This document shows positions 52,323 through 62,288 of a stretch of 64,000 nucleotides of DNA, piece after piece. Source of the stretch: Deltaproteobacteria bacterium (GTDB taxonomy: Bacteria > Desulfobacterota > Binatia > HRBIN30 > CADEER01); assembly GCA_029262455.1 (NCBI GenBank), contig JAJCZJ010000105.1, positions 4,885 to 68,884 on the forward strand. The letters run 5' to 3'. Below the pieces are notes generated by a model. The model worked only from the letters and a program-made list of their open reading frames with translations. It made no database searches and was not told the origin of the DNA. The position numbers were made by a program, and so were the translations under genes. Each line of letters begins with the position of its first letter. Within the stretch, counting starts at the first letter, position 1.

Positions 52323-53198
52323 ATGCGTAGTATGACGGGGTTTGGCCAAGCTGCGTCCGAAGGGCGCGGCGGGCGCTATTCGGTCGAGGTGCGAGGCGTC
52401 AATCATCGATTTCTCGACGTGCGGTTGGCGGTGCCGCGCGATAGTCAGAGCTGGGAACCCGAGCTCAAGCCACTCGTGGCGGAAATGGTCGAGCGCGGCA
52501 AAGTAGATGTCACCATCAGCCGGGTTGCCGGTGCCGCCGCCGAGAAGCGGGTGGAGGTGGACGAAGAACTCGCCAAGTCGGCGCTACAGGCGTGGCGTAA
52601 GCTGCAGAAGGGACTGGGCCTGGCGGGTGAAATCGATGTTGGATTCTTGCTCTCACGCTCGGAGTTTGTCCGCGTCACCGAGGCCCGCGCCGATCCGGGC
52701 GATGATCTACCGCAGGTGCGGAAGCTCCTGGCAAAAGCGCTGCGCTCCTTCGACAAGGCCCGCGTGCGCGAAGGGGCTGCGTTGCAAGCCGATATGAAGG
52801 CGCGCTGCACTCGCCTTGCCGGCATTGAGAAGGATCTCCGCAAGCGCAGCGCCGATATCGTGCCGGAGTTGGCGGCCCGTCTGCGAGGTCGGCTCAACAA
52901 ACTCTTGGAAGGGCAGCAGATCGACGAGCAGCGATTGCTGCAGGAGACGGCGGTGATGGCCGAGCGCTGCGATGTCCACGAGGAGTTGGTGAGACTTGCC
53001 AGCCACCTGAAGCGATTGGCGGGTTTGGTCCGGCAAAAGGGATCGGTCGGCAAGCCGATCGACTTCCTACTGCAGGAAGTTCACCGCGAGCTAAACACGA
53101 TTGCCTCGAAGAGCTCCGACGTGGAGGTCACCCGATTGACCCTCGATGGGCGGGCCGAGGTAGAGAAACTGCGCGAACAAACACAGAATGTGGAGTAA
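52323..53198 (+). CDS. yicC: YicC-family stress-induced protein (endoribonuclease)
   Basis: MRSMTGFGQA N-terminus and the C-terminal DUF1732-like region LLQEVHRELNTIASKS. Confidence 0.85.
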   Translation: MRSMTGFGQAASEGRGGRYSVEVRGVNHRFLDVRLAVPRDSQSWEPELKPLVAEMVERGKVDVTISRVAGAAAEKRVEVDEELAKSALQAWRKLQKGLGLAGEIDVGFLLSRSEFVRVTEARADPGDDLPQVRKLLAKALRSFDKARVREGAALQADMKARCTRLAGIEKDLRKRSADIVPELAARLRGRLNKLLEGQQIDEQRLLQETAVMAERCDVHEELVRLASHLKRLAGLVRQKGSVGKPIDFLLQEVHRELNTIASKSSDVEVTRLTLDGRAEVEKLREQTQNVE

Positions 53199-53257
53199 GC
53201 AAGCAGCCCGGACTGCTAGGGGTTGGGAGTGGCGTCGATGAGGCCTATGATTGTCCC

Positions 53258-53806
53258 ATGTTGGTTACGATCTCGGGAGTGCCCGGTAGCGGCAAGACGA
53301 CGGTAGCGAGACTATTGGCCGGGCGACTGGGCCTTTCTCACGTCTATGCGGGGGACCTCTACCGGCAGGAGGCCAAGCGTCGGAAACTGACACTCGAGGA
53401 GTTCAACCGTCTGTGCGAGTCGGACCACAGCATCGACCGCAAGCTCGATGACGATATGGCGGCGCGGGCGCGAGACGGCGATTGTGTTCTCGAGGGGCGC
53501 CTGGCGGGCTACCTCGCTGAGCAGAATCAGCTTCGAGCCCTCAAGGTTTGGCTGACGGCGAGCGATGAGGTGCGCGCCCGCCGTGTCGCACAACGCGACG
53601 GCGGGGACTGGGAACAGAACGAGCGGGAAAATCGTATCCGCCATGCCTCAGACGTGAAGCGATATCGGGAAATTTACGGTTTCGATCTGGCCGACAAGGG
53701 GGTCTATGATCTTCTGTTGAGCTCGGACGACCGCACCCCCGAGGACTTGGTAGAAGAGCTCGAGAGGCACGTTCGAGAGCATTTTGCATCGGATCCTGCG
53801 CCATGA
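53258..53806 (+). CDS. Archaeal-type (family 2) cytidylate kinase-like P-loop kinase
   Basis: MLVTISGVPGSGKTTVARLLAGRLGLSHVYAGDLYRQEAKRRKLTLEEF...VLEGRLAGYLA...LKVWLTASDEVRARRVAQRDG matches the Cytidylate_kin2 pattern rather than guanylate kinase. Confidence 0.7.
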   Translation: MLVTISGVPGSGKTTVARLLAGRLGLSHVYAGDLYRQEAKRRKLTLEEFNRLCESDHSIDRKLDDDMAARARDGDCVLEGRLAGYLAEQNQLRALKVWLTASDEVRARRVAQRDGGDWEQNERENRIRHASDVKRYREIYGFDLADKGVYDLLLSSDDRTPEDLVEELERHVREHFASDPAP

Positions 53807-56007
53807 GCACGCTGAAGATAAGCACGCTGAAGCCGAGCACGTTGACGACGAGCGCGGCCGGAGCCAAGGGGCTGGTCGAAAAAGTCGCTGCCTATCATTC
53901 GGCGGCGGATCGCGAGCTGCTGCACCGGGCGTACGACTATTCGGAGAAGATGCACGAAGGGCAGCGCCGACAGTCGGGCGACCCGTATTTTATCCATCCG
54001 GTCGGCGTGGCGAATTTGATTGCCGATTTGAAGCTCGATGTGCCCAGTGTCTGCGCCGGCCTGTTGCACGACGTCGTCGAGGATACGCTGGCTTCCCTCG
54101 AAGAGGTCGAGGCACAGTTTGGAGCTGAGATCTGCGAATTGGTCGACGGCGTCACCAAGATTTCGCAGGTCAACTTCATCAGCCGCGAGGAGAAGCAGGC
54201 CGAGAATTTTCGCAAGATGATCCTGGCTATGGCGCGCGACATCCGGGTGATCCTCATCAAGTTGGCCGATCGCACAGATAACATGCGGACGCTCGGGCAT
54301 CTGGCGCCGGATCGGCAGCGCGATATCGCGCAAGAGACCCTCGATGTTTACGCGCCGATTGCCCATCGCTTGGGTATCTACTGGCTCAAGAACGACCTCG
54401 AAGACAATGCGCTTCGATTCCAGCGACCGGAGGTCTACTACCAGCTCAAGCGCAACATCGCGAAGAAGAAAGTCGAACGCCAGCGCTACATTGAGGACTT
54501 CATCGGTGAAGTGAGTGCGGTGATGAAGAGCTCGGGGATCGCCGCCGACGTAGCGGGGCGTCCAAAGCACTTCTACTCGATATACCACAAGATGCAGCGC
54601 TACGATCTGCTCTACGATCAGATTTACGATCTCGTCGGTTTCCGCGTCATCGTCGACAGCGTAACCGACTGTTACGCAGCCCTGGGCGTGATTCACGCCA
54701 AGTGGAAACCGGTTCCCGGGCGCTTCAAAGACTACATCGCGCTGCCGAAGAACAATCTGTATCAGTCCCTGCACACCACGGTGATCGGGACTTCTGGCGA
54801 GCGCGTCGAAGTGCAAATTCGCACTCACGAAATGCACCGCGTCTCGGAGTTCGGGATCGCGGCCCACTGGAGTTATAAGGAGGGCGAGGTTAGCGGCCAA
54901 CACGAGGCTCAGCAGTTTGCCTGGCTGCGGCAGTTGGTTGAATGGCAGCAGAACCTTTCCGACCCACGTGAGTTCCTCGGATCGATCAAAGAGGATTTGT
55001 TCAGTGACGAGGTCTTCGTCTTCACGCCGGCGGGGGATGTTCTGAATTTTCCCGAGGGTGCCTCGGTGATCGATTTTGCCTACAGAATCCACTCCGAGGT
55101 TGGGCAGCATTGCGCCGGTGCCCGGGTCAACGGTCGCTTGGTACCATTGGGTTACCAACTCCAGAACGGTGACACGGTCGAAATCGTCACGACAGCTAGT
55201 CAAACCCCGAGCAAGGACTGGCTCGGCCTGGTGAAGACCAGTCGCGCGAGGACGCGAATTCGGGCATGGCTCAAGTATCTCGAGCGCAGTCGCTCGCTAT
55301 CGGTGGGGCGCGATCTGATCGAGCGCGACCTGCGTCGGCATCGGCTCGATTTCAAGCGGCTCACCAAGCAGGGACTCTTCGCCGAAGTCGCAGCATCCTT
55401 GGGCATGCGTGACGCCGATGCGCTGATTTCCAGCGTCGGCTACGGCAAGATCACGACGCGGCAGATCCTCGCGAAACTGCTTCCAGATGATGTGTTGGCG
55501 AAAGGTGGTGCCGACGAAGGCGTTCTGTCGAGGTTTCTTCGTCGCGTCACCGGACGCTCACCCGGGGTCGTGGTCGGTGGCGAAGAGGACCTGATGGTGC
55601 GTTTCGGGCGTTGCTGCGATCCTCTGCCGGGCGAGGAGATTTGCGGTTTCATCACGCGCGGTCGAGGCGTGACGGTTCACACGACGGATTGTGTGCAGGT
55701 CTTGGCCAGCGATCCGGCGCGCCGTGTCGAGGTGAGGTGGCAACGGGGCGCCAACGGTGTGCGACCGATTCGGCTCGAAGTCCGGTGCCTCGACAAACCT
55801 GGAATGCTGGCGGCGATTACCAAGTCGATCGGCGCGGCCGGAGTCAACATCAGCAGCGCCCAGGTGCAGAGTACGCCGGACAAGCAGGCGCTGAATAGCT
55901 TCGAGGTCATGGTTCAAGATGCCGCCCAGCTCAATGGAGTGATGCGATCGATTGGAAAACTGGGCGGGGTATTGAGCGTGCGCCGTCCGCGCTCTGGAAC
56001 TACGTAA
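53803..56007 (+). CDS. rel: Bifunctional (p)ppGpp synthetase/hydrolase Rel (RelA/SpoT)
   Basis: HD hydrolase motif [31 protein letters not shown], synthetase domain, TGS and C-terminal ACT domains. Confidence 0.95.
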   Translation: MSTLKISTLKPSTLTTSAAGAKGLVEKVAAYHSAADRELLHRAYDYSEKMHEGQRRQSGDPYFIHPVGVANLIADLKLDVPSVCAGLLHDVVEDTLASLEEVEAQFGAEICELVDGVTKISQVNFISREEKQAENFRKMILAMARDIRVILIKLADRTDNMRTLGHLAPDRQRDIAQETLDVYAPIAHRLGIYWLKNDLEDNALRFQRPEVYYQLKRNIAKKKVERQRYIEDFIGEVSAVMKSSGIAADVAGRPKHFYSIYHKMQRYDLLYDQIYDLVGFRVIVDSVTDCYAALGVIHAKWKPVPGRFKDYIALPKNNLYQSLHTTVIGTSGERVEVQIRTHEMHRVSEFGIAAHWSYKEGEVSGQHEAQQFAWLRQLVEWQQNLSDPREFLGSIKEDLFSDEVFVFTPAGDVLNFPEGASVIDFAYRIHSEVGQHCAGARVNGRLVPLGYQLQNGDTVEIVTTASQTPSKDWLGLVKTSRARTRIRAWLKYLERSRSLSVGRDLIERDLRRHRLDFKRLTKQGLFAEVAASLGMRDADALISSVGYGKITTRQILAKLLPDDVLAKGGADEGVLSRFLRRVTGRSPGVVVGGEEDLMVRFGRCCDPLPGEEICGFITRGRGVTVHTTDCVQVLASDPARRVEVRWQRGANGVRPIRLEVRCLDKPGMLAAITKSIGAAGVNISSAQVQSTPDKQALNSFEVMVQDAAQLNGVMRSIGKLGGVLSVRRPRSGTT

Positions 56008-56167
56008 TTCGGCTGCGCTAAACAGGGAGCCAAGTCAAGACCTTACGAGAGTTGCCTCATGCGACTTCGAGATAGACTGTGGTTCCGGCAGCGGGCGATT
56101 GTTCTCGCCGTTTCAGCATGCTAAGTGTGCCGATTCCGCGATCGGCGCGGCGCAGGAGAGATTGAAC

Positions 56168-56371
56168 ATGGCCAGAATATGTGAACTTTGCGGCAAGCGC
56201 CCTGGTGTGGGGAACAACGTCAGCCACGCCAACAACAAGACCAGGCGGCGCTGGAAGCCGAACTTGCAGCGAGTCCGCGCCAGTGTCGACGGCGGCGCGC
56301 GACGCATCCTCGCATGCACCCGGTGCATCCGCACGGGTAAGGTCGTCAAGGTCGCGACGCGCGCGGCCTGA
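56168..56371 (+). CDS. rpmB: 50S ribosomal protein L28
   Basis: [36 protein letters not shown]... Confidence 0.9.
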   Translation: MARICELCGKRPGVGNNVSHANNKTRRRWKPNLQRVRASVDGGARRILACTRCIRTGKVVKVATRAA

Positions 56372-56403
56372 CGGCTCGTTAACCCGACCTCAGGGTCGTC
56401 ACG

Positions 56404-56793
56404 ATGCAGCGACGCCGCGTCGAAGCTGCTGGGGCACCGGCGGCAATTGGGCCCTACAGCCAGGCCGTTCGCGGTGGCGATTGGGTCTTCCTATCTGGGC
56501 AGATTGGTCTAGATCCCGCGACCGGCGAGTTGGTTGCGGGGGGCACGGTGGCCGAGGCTACCCGAGCGCTCGACAACTTGGGAGAAGTCCTGCGAGCTGC
56601 TGGGGCGTCTTTTTCCGATGTCGTGCGCTGCACGATTTACCTGGTCGACCTGGCGGACTTTTCGGCCGTCAACGAGGCCTACGGTGCCCGCCTTTCGCAA
56701 CCGTATCCGGCCCGGGCGACCGTCGGCGTTGCCAGCCTCCCGAAGGGTGCGCGGGTCGAAATCGACGCGATCGCCTTGGCACCAGTCGGCTAG
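56404..56793 (+). CDS. ridA: RidA/YjgF-family reactive enamine/imine deaminase
   Basis: APAAIGPYSQAV...VFLSGQIGLDP...ARATVGVASLPKGARVEIDAIA. Confidence 0.9.
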   Translation: MQRRRVEAAGAPAAIGPYSQAVRGGDWVFLSGQIGLDPATGELVAGGTVAEATRALDNLGEVLRAAGASFSDVVRCTIYLVDLADFSAVNEAYGARLSQPYPARATVGVASLPKGARVEIDAIALAPVG

Positions 56794-56795
56794 CG

Positions 56796-57275
56796 ATGGG
56801 CGCTGTCCTCGACCGGTCGGAGCTCGTTCGAGCGTTGGACGAGAGACGCCGTAGCGGTCAGCAGATTGTCTTCACCAATGGCTGCTTCGACATCTTGCAC
56901 GTCGGGCACGTTCGCTACTTGGAAGAGGCGCGCAGCCTGGGAGACGTTCTCGTCGTTGGGGTCAACACGGACGCCTCGGTTCGGCGTTTGGGCAAAGGCA
57001 GCGCTCGGCCGTTCAACAGCGAGGGAGAGCGGGCTGAGGTCTTGGCGGCGCTGGGAGTCGTCGGCTACGTGACGCTCTTCGACGAGGATACTCCCCTCGA
57101 GCTGATTCGGCGGGTTCGGCCGAATACTCTCGTCAAAGGTGGAGACTGGCAGCCGAACCAGATCGTCGGCGGCGACCTGGTGCTGGCGGCGGGTGGGACC
57201 GTGCGAAGTTTGCCGTTTGCCGAGGGGTACTCGACCACTGGGCTCGTCGATCGAATTCGAAGTTCGACGGATTGA
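56796..57275 (+). CDS. hldC: D-glycero-beta-D-manno-heptose 1-phosphate adenylyltransferase (RfaE domain II), stand-alone
   Basis: Cytidylyltransferase-fold motif VFTNGCFDILHVGHVRYLEEA. ATG at 56796; the longer track ORF (56181-) is spurious upstream read-through across rpmB and ridA. Confidence 0.85.
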   Translation: MGAVLDRSELVRALDERRRSGQQIVFTNGCFDILHVGHVRYLEEARSLGDVLVVGVNTDASVRRLGKGSARPFNSEGERAEVLAALGVVGYVTLFDEDTPLELIRRVRPNTLVKGGDWQPNQIVGGDLVLAAGGTVRSLPFAEGYSTTGLVDRIRSSTD

Positions 57276-57330
57276 TCCCGGACCGGCGCCTGGCATTGTA
57301 ATCCGTATCGCGGCGGTGTTACGTCGGTGC

Positions 57331-59160
57331 ATGGCTGCACTAGGAGCTGTCGACAGCGGCGGCACGGGGCGGCGCATTCGAGTCTTGCCGGATGTGATCG
57401 CCAACCAAATCGCGGCTGGAGAAGTCGTTGAGCGACCCGCTTCGGTGGTGAAGGAGCTCGTCGAGAATTCGCTGGATGCTGGGGCGACGCGTGTTGCTGT
57501 CGACCTCGAGCAAGCCGGGACGGCGATGATTGCAGTGGTCGACGATGGCGAGGGGATGTCGAGTGAGGACGCATCGTGTGCGTTCGCGCGCCATGCGACC
57601 AGCAAGCTCTCGGGCGTCGATGATCTATTGCGCATCTCGACGCTAGGTTTTCGCGGCGAGGCACTGGCCAGTATTGGCGCCGTCGGCGAGACGACATTGG
57701 TGACGCGGCGGCGCGATGATCTCGCGGCGACACGGGTGCTGGTGCGGGAGAGTGAGATCGTCGAGGTCGGAGAAACCGGCGCCCCTATCGGTACGCGGAT
57801 CGAGGTAGCGGATCTGTTCGGCAACACCCCTGCGCGGCGTAAGTTTTTAAAGGCTCCCTCAACTGAAGTCGGCCACGTCAGTGAGTTGTTGACGCGTTTG
57901 GCGTTGGCGTGGCCTCAGGTCGGGTTTCGCCTGACCCACAACGGCCGCACCATTCTCGATCACAGCGCCGTGGACGACCATTTAGAGCGAGTGCGACAGG
58001 TCCTGCGCGCCGAGCGCGCACAAGCCCTGATGAGCTTTCATCACCGCACCGGCGCCGGCGTGGTCAGTGGTTGGATCTCCAACTCAAGTCTTACGTTCCC
58101 CAGCCAAAGGCAGATTTTCACGTACGTCAATCGGCGTTATGTCAAAGATCGTGTCGTTACCCATGCCCTGTTGGCCGGATACAGTACCTTGCTGATGCAC
58201 GGGCGCTACCCGGCTGCGGTGGTGTTCATCGACGTCCCATTCGAAGAGGTTGATGTGAACGTGCATCCGGCAAAGTCGGAAGTCCGATTCCGCCGCTCCG
58301 GGGCGGTCCATGATCTGCTCGTCCAGGCGGTGCAAAAGCGCTTGCGCTCGCAAGATCTAGAGCAGCGCAGTGGCGACGCTGTCGCCCAGCCTGTAGCTGG
58401 TCAGATTCCGTTCGGCGGGCAACCTGGATTCGGCGCGTCGCCGCGGCTGTTGTTGCGGCCGTCCCCATCTGACGCGGCGATGCCTGGGGCGGCTTTCCCG
58501 GTAGCGCCGGTGCCGTCCGATCCGGCGTCGCTTGGGCGCCCCAACCCGTTACCGGAACGCGCGACGGCTGGGGACGGTTTTTTTTCGCGTCTGCGGGTCC
58601 TCGGGCAGGTCTTTAGTGGTTACCTGATCTGTCAGGGGGACGACGAGTTGGTTTTGATCGATCAACACGCGGCTCACGAGCGGGTCATGTTTGAGCGGCT
58701 GCGCGACTCGGAACGCGATGGAATGGTCCCGCGTCAGCAACTTCTGGTGCCCGTCGTGGTCGACCTCGGCGCGCGCGAAGCGGCGTTGTTGCGCGACCAC
58801 ATCGACCGGCTCACGTCGGTCGGCTTCGAGGTCGAGCCGCACGCTGGCGATTCGTTTGCCGTGCGTGCGGTGCCGGCGTTGCTCGGCGACCTGGATGCCG
58901 CAGAGCTCGTCCGCGATCTCGCCGAGGACCTCGTGGAGATCGGGCGATCTCGCCGGCTCGACGAGGCATCGGAATCAATCTTGTCGCGGTTGGCCTGTCA
59001 CAGCGCTGTCCGTGTCGGCCAGAACATGAGCAGCGAGCAAGTCCAGGCGCTGCTGCGATCGATGGATCACACGGATTTTTCGGGTCACTGTCCCCACGGT
59101 CGTCCGTCCTTCATCACGATGTCGCGCGGCGACCTCGAGCGCTGGTTCAAGAGGACATAG
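57331..59160 (+). CDS. mutL: DNA mismatch repair protein MutL
   Basis: GHKL ATPase motifs (IRVLPDVIANQIAAGEVVERPASVVKELVENSLDAG, GFRGEALASI) and the C-terminal dimerisation domain. Confidence 0.9.
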   Translation: MAALGAVDSGGTGRRIRVLPDVIANQIAAGEVVERPASVVKELVENSLDAGATRVAVDLEQAGTAMIAVVDDGEGMSSEDASCAFARHATSKLSGVDDLLRISTLGFRGEALASIGAVGETTLVTRRRDDLAATRVLVRESEIVEVGETGAPIGTRIEVADLFGNTPARRKFLKAPSTEVGHVSELLTRLALAWPQVGFRLTHNGRTILDHSAVDDHLERVRQVLRAERAQALMSFHHRTGAGVVSGWISNSSLTFPSQRQIFTYVNRRYVKDRVVTHALLAGYSTLLMHGRYPAAVVFIDVPFEEVDVNVHPAKSEVRFRRSGAVHDLLVQAVQKRLRSQDLEQRSGDAVAQPVAGQIPFGGQPGFGASPRLLLRPSPSDAAMPGAAFPVAPVPSDPASLGRPNPLPERATAGDGFFSRLRVLGQVFSGYLICQGDDELVLIDQHAAHERVMFERLRDSERDGMVPRQQLLVPVVVDLGAREAALLRDHIDRLTSVGFEVEPHAGDSFAVRAVPALLGDLDAAELVRDLAEDLVEIGRSRRLDEASESILSRLACHSAVRVGQNMSSEQVQALLRSMDHTDFSGHCPHGRPSFITMSRGDLERWFKRT

Positions 59161-59191
59161 TTCAGTCTTCGGCGTTCGCCGATCGTCGTCG

Positions 59192-60109
59192 ATGACGCAA
59201 ACTCTGGCTATTGTCGGACCGACCGGGACAGGCAAGACGGAGCTGTCCCTCGGTCTTGCGGAGCTTCTGCGCGGCGAGATCGTCAACTGTGACTCGCGGC
59301 AGATCTATCGCGGGCTCGATATCGGCAGCGCCAAGCCGACGCTGGTTGAGCGCGAACGCGTGCCGCATCACCTCTTCGATTTGATCGCGCCGAGCGAAAC
59401 CTTTGATTGTGCGCGCTATCGCTCCATGGCGCGCGCTGCGATCGACGAAATTGGCGGACGGGATAAGCGGAGCATCTTGGTGGGAGGGACCGGTCTCTAT
59501 TTGAAGACCGTGCGCTACGGACTCTTCGAAGGGCCGCCGCGCGACGAGGCGCTGCGATCCGAGTTGACGGCCCGCGAGGCCGCCGACCGTGGTTGCCTGC
59601 ACGCTGAGTTGACTGCAGCGGACCCGCCGACTGCGGCGCGCTTGCACCCGAACGACACTCATCGGGTCGTGCGGGCACTGGAGGTACAAAAGCTGTCGGG
59701 TCGTCCGCTTTCGAGCTGGCATGCCGAGCACGGATTTCGCCAAAGTGAAATCTCTGTGCGTGTCTTCGGTTTGTCGATGCCGCGAGAGAAGCTGTACGAA
59801 CGCATCGATCAGCGTTGTCGCGAAATGGTCGAGCGCGGCTTCGTCGAAGAGGTCCGAGGCCTCTTGGACGCAGGTCTGAGTGCCGATCTCCCGGCGCTGC
59901 GAAGCATTGGGTATCGCGAGATCGGAGACTATTTGCGCGGTCGCTGCCAACTCGACGACGCGATCGAGGCGATGGCCCGGGCTACCCGGAGATTCGCCAA
60001 GCGGCAGCTGACGTGGTTCCGCGCTGACCCGACGATCGAATGGGTCGAAGCGATATCGGCGAAAGCGGAAGTCTTGGCGCAGCGAGCCAACGACGGCCCG
60101 ACTCCCTGA
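59192..60109 (+). CDS. miaA: tRNA dimethylallyltransferase MiaA
   Basis: P-loop IVGPTGTGKTELSL and substrate motif NCDSRQIYRGLDIGSAKP. Confidence 0.9.
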   Translation: MTQTLAIVGPTGTGKTELSLGLAELLRGEIVNCDSRQIYRGLDIGSAKPTLVERERVPHHLFDLIAPSETFDCARYRSMARAAIDEIGGRDKRSILVGGTGLYLKTVRYGLFEGPPRDEALRSELTAREAADRGCLHAELTAADPPTAARLHPNDTHRVVRALEVQKLSGRPLSSWHAEHGFRQSEISVRVFGLSMPREKLYERIDQRCREMVERGFVEEVRGLLDAGLSADLPALRSIGYREIGDYLRGRCQLDDAIEAMARATRRFAKRQLTWFRADPTIEWVEAISAKAEVLAQRANDGPTP

Positions 60110-60197
60110 CGCGTCGAGGTACCGGCTGGTCGCAGACCCGGGCTGGTGGGTGGGGCGGCGCTAGAACCGTGTCCGGGGATCGGATACGACTGGGCCC

Positions 60198-61310
60198 GTG
60201 GCGAAAAAAGTTTCAAAAGTGTCCATTGATACGCTGCGCGGTCGCATCGACAAGATTGACCAGCAGTTGACCAGCCTGCTCAATCGACGCGCCCGATTGG
60301 CGATGGCGATTGGCGAACGCAAGGCGACCGCGGGCCGGACGGTCTATGCTCCTGACCGCGAGAAGCGTGTGTTTCAGAAGCTGGCTGCGGCCAATGTGGG
60401 GCCTCTTTCCGACCAGCACCTGCAGTCGATCTTTCGCGAAGTGATTTCGAGCTGTTTGTCTCTCGAGAAACCGCTGCGCGTATCGTTTCTCGGTCCGCAG
60501 GGGACCTACTCGCAGCAGGCGGCGTCTGTTCAGTTCGGCTCCGGAGCGGATCTGGTTCCAGCCGGCTCGATTGATTCGATCTTCGAAGAAGTAGAGCGCG
60601 GGCGTACGGACTACGGTGTCGTTCCGGTGGAAAACTCGACGGAGGGCGTCGTGGCGCAGACTCTCGATCGATTTATCCAGTCGCCACTATCGATCAAGGC
60701 GGAGATCTTGTTGCGCGTCGATCACTGCCTGCTCAGGCAGAAGGGGCGGAGCCCACGTCTGCGCCGCATCGTGTCTCATGCCCAGTCGCTCGCGCAATGT
60801 CGCGATTGGCTGGCGCGATCGTACCCGGAGGTTCCGTTGGAAGAGGTTGCCAGCAACGCGGTGGCGGCCGAGCTCGCGGCGCGCGCTGCGACGACCGCGG
60901 CAATCGCCGGCCGGCAGGCGGCCGAACAATACGACCTCGACGTGATCGCCGAGAACATTCAGGACTTGCCGAACAACGTAACGCGCTTCCTGGTCATCTC
61001 TTCCGATGCGCCGAGTGCCCGCACCGAGGACGACAAGACCTCGGTGCTTTTTGCCGTTCCGCATCGATCGGGAGCGTTGTTCAAGGTCCTCGAAGGGTTC
61101 GCCAAAGAGCATATCAATCTCAGCACGATCGAATCGCGCCCGCTGCGCGGCCGCGCCTGGGAGTATGTGTTCTTCTTGGACTTGTCGGGCCATGTCGACG
61201 AGCCTGGGATGGCGCGGGCTCTGGTGGCGCTGGAGAAACGAGCGCTGTTCGTCAAGGTTCTGGGCTCGTACCCGGCATGGCACTGGCCCGATCCGAAAGA
61301 GAAACGGTGA
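60198..61310 (+). CDS. pheA: Chorismate mutase / prephenate dehydratase (P-protein) with C-terminal ACT domain
   Basis: CM domain (LRGRIDKIDQQLTSLLNRRARLAMAIGERK), PDT domain (VSFLGPQGTYSQQAA...) and ACT domain (TSVLFAVPHRSGALFKVL). Confidence 0.9.
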   Translation: MAKKVSKVSIDTLRGRIDKIDQQLTSLLNRRARLAMAIGERKATAGRTVYAPDREKRVFQKLAAANVGPLSDQHLQSIFREVISSCLSLEKPLRVSFLGPQGTYSQQAASVQFGSGADLVPAGSIDSIFEEVERGRTDYGVVPVENSTEGVVAQTLDRFIQSPLSIKAEILLRVDHCLLRQKGRSPRLRRIVSHAQSLAQCRDWLARSYPEVPLEEVASNAVAAELAARAATTAAIAGRQAAEQYDLDVIAENIQDLPNNVTRFLVISSDAPSARTEDDKTSVLFAVPHRSGALFKVLEGFAKEHINLSTIESRPLRGRAWEYVFFLDLSGHVDEPGMARALVALEKRALFVKVLGSYPAWHWPDPKEKR

Positions 61311-61382
61311 TGGTGGCCGTACCGGGCTCGGACGTGCGGTGCGAGTTGTCTCAATGCTTCGATCTGCACTTGCCGGTGCGCC

Positions 61383-62288
61383 TTGAAGCCGTTGGGGTCG
61401 ACCCGATCTGCGCTGGTTCATGCGGAGGCCCCGGTGTTGTTTGAGCGCGCTGCGGTGATTGGTGTCGGCTTGATTGGCGGCTCTCTGGCTGCGGCGTCTC
61501 GGCGGATCGGGTCGATCGCGGAAGTCGTCGGGGTCGGTCGAACGCAGGCCAATCTCGACACGGCCTTGGAGAATGACCTCGTCGATCGCGTCACCACAAA
61601 CATTAGTGAGATTGGCGATGTGGATCTCGTCGTCCTGGCGGTACCGGTGCGGTCCACGGGAAACGTCGTCGAATCCCTGGCCCCGCACTTGCGCGAAGGC
61701 ACCGTCGTCACCGACGTCGGTAGTGTCAAGGAATCTGTCGTGATCGAGGCGAGTGCCGCTCTGCCGCCGGGGTGTCATTTTGTCGGGGCCCACCCGATCG
61801 CTGGCAGCGAGCAGACGGGGGCCGCAGCAGCGCGGGCGGATCTGTTCCGTGGTCAGTTGTGCGTCGTCACACCGTCCAGCTCGGTTCCATCGAAGATCAC
61901 CGAATCGGTTGCCGAGTTGTGGCGGCTGACCGGTGCGCGGGTTGTTCAGATGCCGCCGGCCGAACACGACCGGGCTCTGGCTTGGACCAGTCACGTGGTC
62001 CATGTCGTGGCTTACGCATTGGCTGCTTCGCTGGACGAGGGCGGTGATGGGGTGCTCGACTTTGCCGGCCCGGGACTTGTGGATGCAACGCGCATGGCGG
62101 GTGGCAGCGTGCCGATGTGGCGGGACATTTTTATTGCCAATCGGTCCGCGGTGCTTGCCTCTCTAGACGGGTTTAGCGGAGTCTTGGCAGAGCTGCGAGC
62201 GGCGATCGATGCTGGCGACGACGACCGAGTCGACGCGCTGTTGCAGCGCGGTTTGGATATCCGCAGGAAGCTCGAGCGCAAGCGATGA
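61383..62288 (+). CDS. tyrA: Prephenate/arogenate dehydrogenase
   Basis: Rossmann AVIGVGLIGGSLAAA and the catalytic domain HFVGAHPIAGSE. The exact start is uncertain; an alternative GTG lies near 61431. Confidence 0.8.
   Translation: MKPLGSTRSALVHAEAPVLFERAAVIGVGLIGGSLAAASRRIGSIAEVVGVGRTQANLDTALENDLVDRVTTNISEIGDVDLVVLAVPVRSTGNVVESLAPHLREGTVVTDVGSVKESVVIEASAALPPGCHFVGAHPIAGSEQTGAAAARADLFRGQLCVVTPSSSVPSKITESVAELWRLTGARVVQMPPAEHDRALAWTSHVVHVVAYALAASLDEGGDGVLDFAGPGLVDATRMAGGSVPMWRDIFIANRSAVLASLDGFSGVLAELRAAIDAGDDDRVDALLQRGLDIRRKLERKR

Noticed and set aside
53704-55203. 499-aa minus-strand ORF antisense to rel, and 60687-62003(-) antisense to pheA/tyrA
   Set aside because: Antisense artefacts opposite strongly conserved genes.
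56181-56795. N-terminal 200 aa of track ORF 56181-57275 (Arg/Ser-rich) overlapping rpmB and ridA
   Set aside because: It is a read-through in a third frame. The real gene (RfaE domain II) starts at the ATG at 56796, immediately after the ridA stop.
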